This document shows positions 1 through 12,196 of a stretch of 64,000 nucleotides of DNA, piece after piece. Source of the DNA: Lingula anatina (taxonomy: Eukaryota > Animalia > Brachiopoda); assembly GCA_051362555.1 (NCBI GenBank), contig CM120648.1, positions 10,350,587 to 10,414,586 of the forward strand. The letters run 5' to 3'. The stretch's first letter is position 1. The number at the start of each line of letters is the position of its first letter. The notes under the pieces are model-generated. The model was not told the origin of the DNA, searched no databases, and saw nothing but the letters and a program-made list of their open reading frames with translations. Position numbers and translations under genes: made by a program.

Positions 1-914
1 AAAATTCAACATAAAATAGCAAAATTATGTCCACTTTCAAAATGGCGGGTGGCGGCCATCTTGGATTTGAGGCACAAAATGGCCACCAATTGCTTCCAAA
101 TGATCAAAAATGGGTTCCTTGTCCCTAATTTAGTCAGGTTTGATAATCTATACATGTTTCTAAGCCAAAAATTAATGGAAATATGAAATATTATATATTT
201 TGGCACATAATTTGCATAATTTATGCTAATTAATGTATCGATAGAGGGCGTCTCTTTGGATAAAAAATTTTCTTTTGGCCCAAGGAACATTTATGCCAAG
301 TTAGACAGTTGTACTACAAAATGCAGCGTTTGGCCATTTTTTGGTTCTTAACAAGCCTACTAGTTTGATATTATTAAAGAATACAGGAGATGGTGATTAC
401 AATATTTGGAAGCAAAAAGATGGCATGCATTCACTGAAATGAATTTGCCACAAAATGTACAAAGCTTGTCAGTAAAGGACACCCTCTGCTTACACAAGTC
501 TCTAGCTTAGACTTCTAAGAAGCTGAAAAAAGCATTCCCAAAATTGTCTTCCAACAGTCACAGATGGTGTTATGTCTGTGTTGATTTGTCTGAGAGAAAT
601 GGTTTAAAAAGAAGCATTAACTAGTAGTTAATTATTTTTTAGAATTTTTTCATGACGTCTGATAATTATCTCTATGTGGTTATTCCATTCACTGCCTATC
701 CCCACCCTATCAGTGAGTTGATAAAACAACTATTATGTAAATAAAAAATGAGATTGTTGCCAATTGTACATAAAATGGCTTAATTACATGCAGGGGTATC
801 ATTCCACTTGAGCTTTGTGTAACATATCTATTTGATGAATATATGCAGTGAAAAGTACAGCTTTAAGTATATATCTCTATTGAACAGTTATCCTGTTTGA
901 ACAACTGCTGGCCA

Positions 915-1175
915 GTGACATCACACTCGTGGTAGATGTGATGTCACACAGGCAACATGTTTTTAAAGCTGTGACATCACACTTGTAATAGATGTGATGT
1001 CACCCTGGCATCATGTTTTGTAAGCTGTGACATCACACTTTGGTAGATGTGATGTCACACTGGCATCATGTTTTTGTTAGCAATGACATCACACATCGGT
1101 AGGTTTGACATCACAGATGTGATATATGTGACATCATACTAGCGTCATTATTTTGTTAGCAATGACATCAAACTT
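915..1175. repeat. Minisatellite, ~56-bp unit with internal palindrome
   Basis: GTGACATCACA-n-TGTGATGTCAC units start at 915, 971, 1027 and ~1083, then decay. Confidence 0.85.
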
Positions 1176-3372
1176 TTGTTTACTCGACCGTCATAGATGC
1201 ATCAAAGACCCAGTGTATATAATTACTTATAACTATCAGTGCTTTAGTGAGCCTTTAATGTGAGGTACCGTAGCTTTTGCCACATGTATATATAAATGTT
1301 TTGTATGGTTAGAAACACTTCATGGAATTGGTTTTAAAAAGATGCTCATAAACTTCTTTGTTTTAGTTTAAGTTGTAGATGCTTGTAAAGTTGATTTTAA
1401 GAAAGCATCGCTTATTTTGTATGTTTGTCTTGAATTTGAACCAAACATTCTGTTAATTAATTTCACTTAATATAATTATGTTTATGTGTACCAAACATAA
1501 TGTTCATCCATTGTTAATAGTGCTTAGCTGTTTTTAGAAACAATTTATCTTTAATGAGCATGATATTTTGCCTAAAGTTTTGATTACTCTACATGTGTTA
1601 TATATATTTATATTAGATGTAAAAAAAGTGGAAATAGCTATTAGATGTAATATATAATTATATTTTGTGTTGTATTAAACAGCCCTAGCAGTGCCTTTTT
1701 TGCAGATTTGAAAAAATATTTTGCAAGTGTAAATAGTTTTGAAGAAGTACAATCATATCTTGTTAATTAGTAATTGGTTTTTAATTTTACAGGCACAAAA
1801 CTTGCACTATTTCAAATGATATATAAATGTCCCTAACTATATGCTACAGTCCCAGTTAATACATGTATTCATGAAATCTCTTATATTAATTTATTTTTGA
1901 ATATAAGAAGTTTAAAAACCATTTTTGAACTATATTTTTCTTTCCCTTCATTTATTTATTTTTTGTATTTAATTATAAAAATAGCTTCCTTGTTATGGTA
2001 GGGTTTTGCTAGAAATATTTTTTTTGTGCAGTGAATGTTGATAGTTGTGAAGTAATGATACAGGGTAATTATTAATTGTGGAGCATATCTTTAATTTGAA
2101 CTTATCACATTTTTATCAGATAATTAGTGTTTCGGTGAACAGCGCATACTGTGGATTCAAGAGGATATTTTATTGTGTTAGTATTTTTTTTATTGTCTCT
2201 TTCATTTCTCCAACATTAAAATAAAATCAGAAATATATATAACTCAATTTAACCTTGAGTTTCACTTGTCTTATAAAAGCAATTCGGGATGAGATTTGAA
2301 TTGTGGAATACCTGGGCGAAATTGTATTTAATGCAGTTCACGAAAGACCCGAATTCAGAAAACAAAAAATAATAAAGGCATTTTGAGGAAGTATTACGTT
2401 TTAGGGCAAATTAAGTTAATTCAAGTAAAATATTTAAGAAAAAGACAAACGTAGACAAAAAAATAGCTTAAATGATTTGTCTTCAAACGCTAAATTCTCT
2501 GACGCAAGTCCTATTTGATTTTCAGTTTTTGAGAAGCTCAAAATGAATGTGGATACTTGAACCCATAATCTGAGCCTAAATTGTACAAATATCACAACTA
2601 TTATTATTATTATTACTTTAATAACATCATTCCCACGACATATTTTCCTATACATTTGAATATTGAAGATGTTTGACTTACAAAAAATTTCAGGCAAACA
2701 ATATTTTATTAAAACTGGGCTGTTGTCGATAATGAATCACAAGAAACAAATCTCATGTTCGAAAAAAAAAGTTTATTTCTTTAAAAAAAAGGCCAGAATA
2801 AAATTTGCACTGGGAATTGGTCTGGACAGAATAATCTTCATTGCGGATCCTAAAACGAGTGGCATACTGAAATGATAATAATAAAAAAAATAAAATAAAG
2901 GTATAAAACACTGTAGCACTGAATGTTACATCTTATTTTAGATAAAGCAAATTACTGGTATAATAAGTCCTCTGAAACAAATATAGGTGGCACTTTCGAT
3001 TCCATTTCATAAATTAAATATCCAATATCAACTTCATATATTATCTCTCTTTAAAATAGCATCTAAACGTGTTATGATCAAAAGATACTAATTTATTTAT
3101 GACGAAAACATGCCGTTTTCTTATAATTTTAATTTATATAGTAAATATGTAAAGGATTCCATTACACATGAAAGCTGAATTTGAGGAGGAATTATCATTT
3201 TTATTTCACGTCCGAAGTACAGAGGACAGTATTTATGGTATAAGTTTGAGAGTGCTATAGAGTATAATGAAAAAGAAACCCCATAAACTGGTAACATTCA
3301 CTTTCTATTACTGAAAATGAACAACGCTCATATTCACGAATTAGACAAGTGAGCAACGTACCTTAGTCCAGT

Positions 3373-4008
3373 TTAATATTTGCCGTAACCAGCGTTGTAT
3401 CCGTATCCGGCACCATATCCAGCACCGTAGCCGTATCCGGCGTTGTAACCGTATCCAGCACCATAGCCGAAGCCGGCATCGTAACCATAACCAGCGCCTA
3501 AACCAGCGCCTAAACCAGCACCAACAACGGTACGCTGGACGGTGTATCCTCTCACTGGGACTGGGACGACGTTCTTAACGGTTCTGTAGCCGTGGACTGG
3601 GACAACATTGACAGTTGGGACCTGGACGGTTCTGTAGCCGTGGACCTTTTTGTAGTTCACAGTTGGGACCTGAAAGGAAAAATGCATGTATTTAAGCTTT
3701 CTTTCTGGAAACCTTATACATTAAATTTTGTCTTTAAATCTCTAGTAAAATTTCATTTAGATTTGATATCCTAGATCACTTGAAGCCGACCTGTGAAGTA
3801 TTTTACAATATTAACTCCAGCTCTCTAACTCCATTTTCGGATATAAAGTAGAGTACAGATTTTGAGAACACAAAAATATTCTGAATCTTACCTGGTTCAC
3901 AACAACTTTGTTCTTGAAGGTAGTGAAAGGCTTGACGTGGGTGGCAACCTTTGGGTAGACGGCGGAGGCCACGGCCACGAGAGCAACGAGAGCGATGAGA
4001 ACCTTCAT
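3373..4008 (-). CDS. Secreted Val/Pro-repeat + Gly/Tyr-tail protein, copy 1 (137 aa)
   Basis: Exon1 4008-3892 (MKVLIALVALVAVASAVYPKVATHVKPFTTFKNKVVVNQ), GT-AG phase-0 intron, exon2 3669-3373 (VPTVNYKKVHGYRTVQ...GYNAGYGKY*). TATA 4075-4081. Putative non-coding exon3 from 2866 with AATAAA at 2772-2777. Confidence 0.93.
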
Positions 4009-5300
4009 GTTGGCGAGGTAGAGGCGCTGGAGTCGTCAGAGATGAGAACTGATTCTGACTGAGAATCTGCGGTCTTTTATACCTACGTGGTCTCCATTGG
4101 GATGACCGAAGATTAAGAGCGCGTTTGTTCCAGAGCCGTGAATTTTATGACTATGAGCATGTCACTCGTTAAGTACTCATTAATATTGACCCACAATGAA
4201 ACGGCACAACTGAGAACGGTTATTGTGACGGGTCATGAAGGAGTGAACGTTTGTGAATTGTGTTTTGTATTAGAGTCATGACACGCCTTACACGGTCATT
4301 TTAATGTACAATACTGGACATTTGGACTACTCATCTTTTGGACAGTCAATGTATCGGCGCACGAAGGAGGTGAAACGGAACGTTGTAACAGATGATAGCG
4401 TAATTTTCATTTTCAAGTCATGGCACGTCATAATGTTGTACAATAGGTCGGCACATTCTGGGACAGTTTACGTGACGGGCCATGAAAGAGTGAAGGCGGT
4501 AACGTGTTTGGCAGGTATTAGCGGCTTAGTATCTGCAAGTCTTAAATGCACGTTTATTTGTGGCTAGTTTTTGTGATTTAATGATGACATGTCATGTATA
4601 ACAAAATGCAGTTCTACGACATATGCTTGTGTCTGAAGTAATTTGATAGAAAGGGTTGTTTCCTAGCCTGTTCCTTTCTGATCTTTTTCATCCTTCTTTT
4701 CCTCTCTTATTTTTAGATTATTAAGTTTACAAATAACATACATTACAGACAATGTAGCACATGTTGGTCATCATTAAATCTAAAAAAATAGCCATAAATA
4801 AACGCGCATTTAAGACTTGCAGATACTAAGTCGCTAATACCTGCAAAACACGTAACTGCCTTCACTCTTTCATGGCCCGTCACGTAAACTGTCCCAGAAT
4901 GTGCTGACGTATTGTACAGTATATTGTATAGACATGAGCCTGTGCGGCGCGTCACGACTCGAAAATGATAATTCCCCCAACATCTGTTACAATGTTCAGC
5001 TTTTACCTCCTTCGTGCGCCGATACATTGACGGTCCTCAGAATGTGCCGTCCCAGTGTACAATATTGTACGTTAATGGCCGTGTAAGGTGTGTCATGACT
5101 CGAATTATCTAATACAAAACACAATTCACAGGCGTTCACTCCTTCATGACCAGTCACAATAAGCGTTCTCAGATGTGTTGTTTCATTGTGGGTCAACATT
5201 AATAAGTAATTAAAGAGTGACATGTTCATAGTCATAAAATTCACGGCTCTGGAAAAAACGCGCTCTTAATCCTCGGGCATCTCAAAGATGACCACACGAG

Positions 5301-5373
5301 TATAAAAGACCGCAATTTCTCAGTCAAAATCAGTTCTCATCTCTGACGACTCCAGCATCACTACCTCGCCAAC
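5301..5373 (+). promoter_or_regulatory. TATA box + TCAGTT initiator + conserved 5'UTR (representative of all ten copies)
   Basis: TATAAAA lies about 30 nt upstream of TCAGTT, followed by CTCATCTCTGACGACTCCAGCA...CCAACATG. The same spacing holds in every paralog. Confidence 0.85.
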
Positions 5374-6017
5374 ATGAAGGTTCTCATCGCTCTCGTTGCT
5401 CTCGTGGCCGTGGCCTCCGCCGTCTACCCAAAGGTTGCTACCCACGTCAAGCCTTTCACCACCTTCAAGAACAAGGTTGTTGTGAACCAGGTGAGATTCA
5501 AAATATAATTAAGAGGCTCGGGGTTTCTACTGTGAGGGGAAAACGGGTCTATAAGTACACGTAATATTTATACTGCCTCGTATGGTCTGAATGTTATCTA
5601 GGCTATTCAATCCAAACAAGATCTATAACATAGAGAATAAATTAATACAGAACTAGTTGATTTCCATTTAAAATAAAGACAGTTCAACATTTTGCTAACC
5701 TTTTCCCTTTTCAGGTCCCAACTGTTAACTACAGAAAGGTCCACGGCTTCAGAACCGTCAAGGTCCCAACTGTTAATGTTGTCCCAGTCCACGGCTACAG
5801 AACCGTTAAGAACGTCGTCCCAGTCCCAGTGAGAGGATACACCGTCCAGCGTACCGTTGTTGGTGCTGGTTTAGGTGCTGGTTATGGTGCCGGTTATGGT
5901 GCTGGTTATGGTGCCGGCTATGGTTATGATGCTGGATACGGTTACAACGCCGGATACGGCTATGGTGCTGGATATGGTGCTGGATACGGCTACAACGCCG
6001 GTTACGGCAAATATTAA
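5374..6017 (+). CDS. Secreted Val/Pro-repeat + Gly/Tyr-tail protein, copy 2 (139 aa)
   Basis: Exon1 5374-5490, exon2 5715-6017, canonical splice sites. TATAAAA 5301-5307, TCAGTT initiator near 5330. 3'UTR donor at 6029, acceptor ending 6973, AATAAA 7064-7069. Confidence 0.93.
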
Positions 6018-7929
6018 ACTGTCCCAAGGTACGTTGCCTTCTTGTTTAATTTTAATTACGCATAAAATGTATACGGGCGTTTCTTTATGTTTATAGAAAT
6101 AATGTTACGAGCTAAAAACAACTAATAAACCAGCGTGTGTTCTATTGTCTTTATAGAACTTGCTAGTTCTTAAACCATAATCAATGTCCAGTATATTTAA
6201 GTCCATGTAGCAGAATGAAATTAGAATTTTTGTTCGCTGGAATTCGGTTTATATAAGTAGCCTGGTCTTTTTTGTAGTACTCATACATGGACAAACATAC
6301 ACTCTTTAATAAGAAATTAGTAAAAAAAAAGCATTTTTTTTTTTTTTTTTTTTTTTTTATTGCATATCTCAAATAAGTACAGATTTCAGCAAAAAATACA
6401 AAATTTATAAATAACTAAATAAAAATCACACTCACTCTCTCACTCACTCACTCACTCACAAAGAGACACTCAGTCATTTGCAATATATATATACATATAT
6501 ATAGTTACTGTGTCATTTAATATATATGTCAACAACGATATATTGATAACCTATTAGTAAAATACTTAATAATACTTAATAAATAATATGATCTAATACA
6601 GATAAAAACAAATATGTGTTTTACTATCAAATATCGGCAGGGGAACATACGCAGATAGAAGATATCAGTCCAGGAAGAGAGGCTGCAGCTTTTTCCATTT
6701 TTCATTAAATTTATCTATTGTCATGTTTCTCAGACTTATATTTCTCTCTGCGATGTAGGCCTGTCTCCATTCTATTTTAATATTTAAAAACATAGAAAAA
6801 AAAGCATTTTAATTAAAATTGTTTATGAATACTGGATATTACAGCAATGGAATTTAAAACCAAATTATGTTACAAAGGAGTAAATATCACCAATAAACGA
6901 CGATTTTGTATCTTTAAAACAATAGCATAATTTAGTATTCATGTGCTTAGTGCCTTTTACTTTTTTCTTTCAGAATGCATCATTTGGGTCGAGATCCGTA
7001 AGGAGATATATAATGGAAAATAATTCCAAGAGAAAATTCTGTTCCTTTTTTTTAAAAAAAGAAAATAAAGTAATCATTTTTTTTCAACCATATTGTTTGT
7101 TGCTCTATTCAATGTAGACAAACTCTTCTACTATATTAACACGGCTTCATGATATGAAAAGATGACTTGATTGAAGCTTTTGGAAATCAAAAAATTTCAA
7201 TATTCAAACGTACTTAAAATATATTAAGACATAAAAAAGTAACGGGGATTCGCTAAAATTTTTAATACTACACATTTCTAAGACTACACATTTTATTAAT
7301 AGGCACACAGGAAAACAAACTTTAAATTGTGTTATCTGGTTAAAATTATTAATAATGTAAAAATGTGTTTCATAAAAGAACTACACTCACTATTTCTCAA
7401 ATATTTGTAACGTAATTGCAGTTTGCACTTTAATTGTGAGTTCTTAAAACTTCAAAACATCTTATTTGTATCGACGTCTTGGGGCACATTCATTAGTTAT
7501 ATCAAAAGGATTACTCCTAGTGCAAAATCTTTAAAATTATCTGATCTTGTCTCCGAATTAATTTACAAATGATATTTATTTTCGAATTAGCTTTTGATTT
7601 TTTCTTATGTTAGGTGCAATGAAGTACAGAAATAATATTGATGATGTTGATAAGAAGAACAATGAAAGTAATGCACTATAATTAAATAAACTCTTCTAGG
7701 CACTAAGGTATGCTATGAAAAACAACATGGCAAGCATGTATAATGCGAAAAGCTTCATAATTTTCCCTTTGTAATCAGTTTGACAGATGAGTAAAGAGGA
7801 AAAAAATTAAAAAAACTGTGTGATTCCCCTTGTTTTTGTGAACAACCAAGTATTGCATACAAAAAAAAAACTATTTGTTTTTTAATAAATTTTTTTTTAA
7901 ATTTTAATATTTATTAAAATAAATAAATA

Positions 7930-8430
7930 GATGTCACTCATTAAGTACTCATTAATGTTGAACCTACAATAAAACGGCTTATCTGAGAACGGTTATTGTG
8001 ACTGGTCATGAAGGAGTGAACGTCTGTGAATTATGTTTTGTATTAGATTATTCGAGTCATAACACGCCTTACACGGCCATTAACGTACAATATTGTACAC
8101 TGGGACGGCACATTGTGAGGACCGTCAATGTATCGGCTCACGAAGGAGGTATAAGCGGAACAGTGTAACAGATGTTAGGGGAGTTATCATTTTCGAGGCG
8201 TGACACGCCGCAAACACTCATATCTGTACAATATTACACATTCTGGGAATCGTTAATGTGGGAGGCCACAAAGGAGTGAAGCCATTACGTGTTTGGCAGG
8301 TATTAGAGGGTTGGTATTACTGCAAGTCTTATATGCGTTTATTATTGACTGGTTTTTGTGATTTAATGATGACCAATATGTCATGCATACCAGAACGCAG
8401 TGGTACGACATATTCTTGTGCCTGAAGTTA
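7930..8430 (-). promoter_or_regulatory. Orphan copy of the upstream regulatory region of the Gly/Tyr genes (no TATA or gene attached)
   Basis: Colinear with ~4160-4650 and with the reverse complement of ~4760-5225. No signal-peptide exon is adjacent. Confidence 0.75.
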
Positions 8431-8913
8431 TTTGATTTTTTTGTAATGTTCAAAATATAAATGTGAAACCAATTATTTGATTCGTTCGTAAAATTTTTCA
8501 TATTTCTATTATATAAAAAAGCAAACTAACAAGTGTTAGATTACAAAATGTATTCACCTTTTAATTCCTCCGTTGGTGTTGGACTAATAAACTTATTGCA
8601 TGACGAAAAAGAGAACAGAATTTGAGGAAAAAACTCCAGGAGGGGAACGGTGGAAAAACACAGAAGAATAAATTAGGGTGCGTGCAGCGCCAGAGAGAGT
8701 ATATTTGAAGGTACGTTTATGTATAATAGTCACACTCAAACTTAAAGTGAAGATTTGAGATTAGATTCACTATGTTTACGATATATTGGCAGACTATTGC
8801 TAAGACAATGACGTATTACCAAATCTATATTATGGCTGGGAATTTGTGTATATTTGTATATATAGTGACAGAGAAGTACTATCATATGCTATTTAATAAT
8901 AATTGATCATTGT

Positions 8914-8915
<2 letters not shown>

Positions 8916-8964
<49 letters not shown>

Positions 8965-9020
8965 CTCATTTTCTTAGTTTCTAAGTTAGAAGTAGTAGTA
9001 GTAGCAGCAGTAGTAGCAAT
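8916..9020. repeat. (TAA)n and (AGT/AGC)n microsatellites
   Basis: Direct reading. A homologous position at 13344-13500 carries (TTA)n/(AGT/AGC)n. Confidence 0.9.
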
Positions 9021-10521
9021 TTTGCAGGCATAAACCTGTTTTCACATGTTATGCAATATGCCTTTCTTTAATTGTAACTTGCTGTCCCAGTTGGTCTTTA
9101 TTGTTACTGTTAGTTTAAAGCAACTTCAATGAGATGAGATGGTGCAACGTTTCATTTTCTTAGTTTCTAAAATTTTCCGGATATTTAAGCTTCGAAATAT
9201 GACTTTGGGGCATTTTAAAAAGCGAAGAATATTTCTCAAATGTGAAAACAGAGAAGAAAACTGTTCAATTATTTTCTCTCTCATCTATTCATTTATGAAT
9301 ATTAATATTATTTTTGGCATGCGTACCTATAGTTCTTCATAAAACAAAAGGAATCTCATAATTTTAATATTTTTCCAATATTTTCAGCCATCTGTCATAC
9401 TGTTGTCAAACGGAAACTCGTTTATCTGATGGCGCTTCATACCTTGTTGTTTTTCAAGGCATACATTATATTAAATTCGAGAAGAGTTCCTTCAATTTAA
9501 CTGCATTACCTTCATGGTTCTTTTTATTAACATTATTAATATTATATTTTTTTAACTTCATTGCACTCAACATTAAAAAAACACAAATATTAATTCGAAA
9601 ATGAATACCACTTGGTAAATTAAATAGGAGACAAGATTAGAAAAATGTAAAGATTGTGCACTAGGAGCACTAATTTTGAATGTGACCTAAGAACCTTCGA
9701 TACCAGGAAGACGTTTTGAATTTTTAAGAACTCACAAAGTGCAAACCGAAATTACGTAACTAATATTTGTTCTCTCATGACGCGCATTTTTATTTTATAA
9801 TTTTCAATTTGTTTTCCTGTGTGCGTATTGATAAAATGTGTAGTCTTAAAAATTACCGAATTCCCGTTACTTTGTCATGTCTTAATAATTTTTAAGTACG
9901 TTCGAATATTGTAATTGTGTGACATCGAAAAAGCTTCAATTAAGTCACTCTTTCATATCATGGCTCGGTGTTTATATAGTAATAAGAAGAATTTGTCTGC
10001 ATTGAATGGAGTAACAAACAGCATGGTTGAAAAAAAATGATTACTTTATTTTCTTTAAAAAACAGGAAGAGAATTTTCACTTAGAATTTTTTTCCATTAA
10101 ATATCTTCTTTATGGATCTTGAACCAAATGAACCATTCTGGAAGAAAAAAGTAAAATGCATTAAACACCTGAAAACAGCATTATACTATTGTTTTACAGA
10201 TACAGAATGGCCATCTATTGGTGATGTTTACTCCTTTAAAACATATTTTAGGTTTTCAATTATATAATGCCTTATTAAAACGTATTTTCGCAGAACAGGA
10301 CTATCCATATTAGCCGCATTCAAGCGGATAAATATTCTAATCTAATTTGGCTATTTATAAATACAGAGGACATAGATTATTAATGAATTAAGAAATTTTG
10401 GGAGTTATAAAAAAGGGAAAAAAACACTCATTGAATTGCTAGTTGTTTATAGCTCGTTACTTTTCTATTAGAATTAAAAACGCCATTAATTAAACAAGTA
10501 CGCAACGTACCTTAATCCAGT

Positions 10522-11233
10522 TTAATATTTGCCGTAACCAGCGTTGTATCCGTATCCGGCACCATAACCAGCGCCGTAGCCGTATCCGGCGTTGTAACCG
10601 TATCCAGCATCATAACCATAACCAGCACCATAACCATAACCAGCACCATAACCGGCACCAACAACGGTACGCTGGACGGTGTATCCTCTCACTGGGACTG
10701 GGACGACGTTCTTAACGGTTCTGTAGCCATGGACTGGGACAACATTAACAGTTGGGACCTTGACGGTTCTGTAGCCGTGGACCTTTCTGTAGTTCACAGT
10801 TGGGACCTGAAAAGAATAAAATTCATATATTCAAACTATCTTTCAAAAACTCCAAACGAGTATCTATTAGTTGTTACATTAATTAGTAGTTCTTTTTTAA
10901 TGATAAAAAGGTTCGAAAAAATTGAACTGTCTTTATTCTAAATGGAAATTAATTAGTTCGGTATGAATTTTTTTCTCTATTTTATAGAAGTTTTTTCCCA
11001 TTGGATATCATAGATAACATGCAGACGATCATAGGCAGTATTATATGTGTTCTTTTGGGTCGCTTTCGCCTCTTAGTGGAAATTTCGAAGGCATTAATTA
11101 CATATTTGGATCTTACCTTGTTCAAAACGACTTTGTTCTTGTAGGTGGTGAAAGGCTTGACGTGGGTGGCAACCTTTGGGTAGACGGCGGAGGCCACGGC
11201 CACGAGGGCAACGAGAGCGATGAGAACCTTCAT
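10522..11233 (-). CDS. Secreted Val/Pro-repeat + Gly/Tyr-tail protein, copy 3 (133 aa)
   Basis: Exon1 11233-11117, exon2 10806-10522. TATA 11300-11306. Putative UTR exon3 from 10137, AATAAA 10045-10050. Confidence 0.93.
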
Positions 11234-12000
11234 GTTGACGAGGTAGAGGTGCTGGGGTCGTCAGAGATGAGAACTGATTTTGACTGAGAACCTGCGGTCT
11301 TTTATACTCGCGTGGTCATCTTTGCGATGCCCGAGGATTAAGAGCACGCTTGTTCTAGAGCCGTGACTTTTATGTATATGAACATGACACTCGTTAAGTA
11401 GTTATTAATTTTGACCCACAGTGGATCGTCACATTCTGAGAACGGTTAATGAGAACGCTCATGGAGGAGTGAACATCTGTGGACTGTGTTTTTGTATTAG
11501 GTGAATAAACATTTTTAGTCATGTCTCTTCTTAAACGATCATTAATGTACAATATTGTACATTATCAGAACTTATATATGATAATTCCACTAACATCTGT
11601 TACAATGTTCTGCTTTCACCTCCTACGTGCCCCGATACATTGGTGGTCCCTAGAATACGTCGTCCCATTGTAACAGATGTTAGTGGAATTATCATATATA
11701 AGTCCTGACACGCCGCACATGCTCATTTCTGTACAATACTGTACAATAGGGCGGTGCATTCTGGGAACCGTTAATTTGGCAGGGCACGAAGGAATGAAGC
11801 CATTGCGTGCTTTGCAGGTATAGGTGGGATTAGTAACTTCGAGCCTTAAATACGCTCTTATTAATGGGTTGTGTAGTTTTAACTATGATTTTAAAAATGA
11901 TGACCAATATAACATGTATAACAGACCATGGTGGTACGATGTATGTCGTTTCAGTGTCGTCGGCAAAATTTTGTTTTGTTTTGTTTTGTTTATTTGTGCA

Positions 12001-12196
12001 CAGGCCCGTAGCCAGCAATTTCAAAAGGGGAATTCTTTTTCTGAAAAAGTGGACCTTTTTCCATAAAAACTTCATGTACTTAGATGACATTTTACCCAGA
12101 GTGTACTTTTTCCCAGCAAAAGGGGCGGTTCTTTCGAACCCCCCGAACCCCCGAACCCCCCCCCCCCCCCCCCCCCCCCCCCCGGCTACGGGCCTG
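12001..12196. mobile_element. Non-autonomous TIR element with 5-bp TSD
   Basis: TIR CAGGCCCGTAGCC / GGCTACGGGCCTG. TSD GTGCA at 11996-12000 and 12197-12201. Confidence 0.85.

Noticed and set aside
1-365. 94-aa ORF and GGCGGCCATCTTGGA motif at the window start
   Set aside because: It looks like the end of an interspersed repeat truncated by the window edge. The ORF has no recognisable protein features and the family cannot be supported.
915-1175. CRISPR-like appearance of palindromic repeats
   Set aside because: The spacers are not unique, the context is eukaryotic and there are no cas genes.
3373-3520. Assignment of the family to fibroin, chorion, shematrin or suckerin
   Set aside because: The similarity is limited to low-complexity Gly/Tyr composition. 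The conserved core does not match what I know of those families, so no gene symbol is given.
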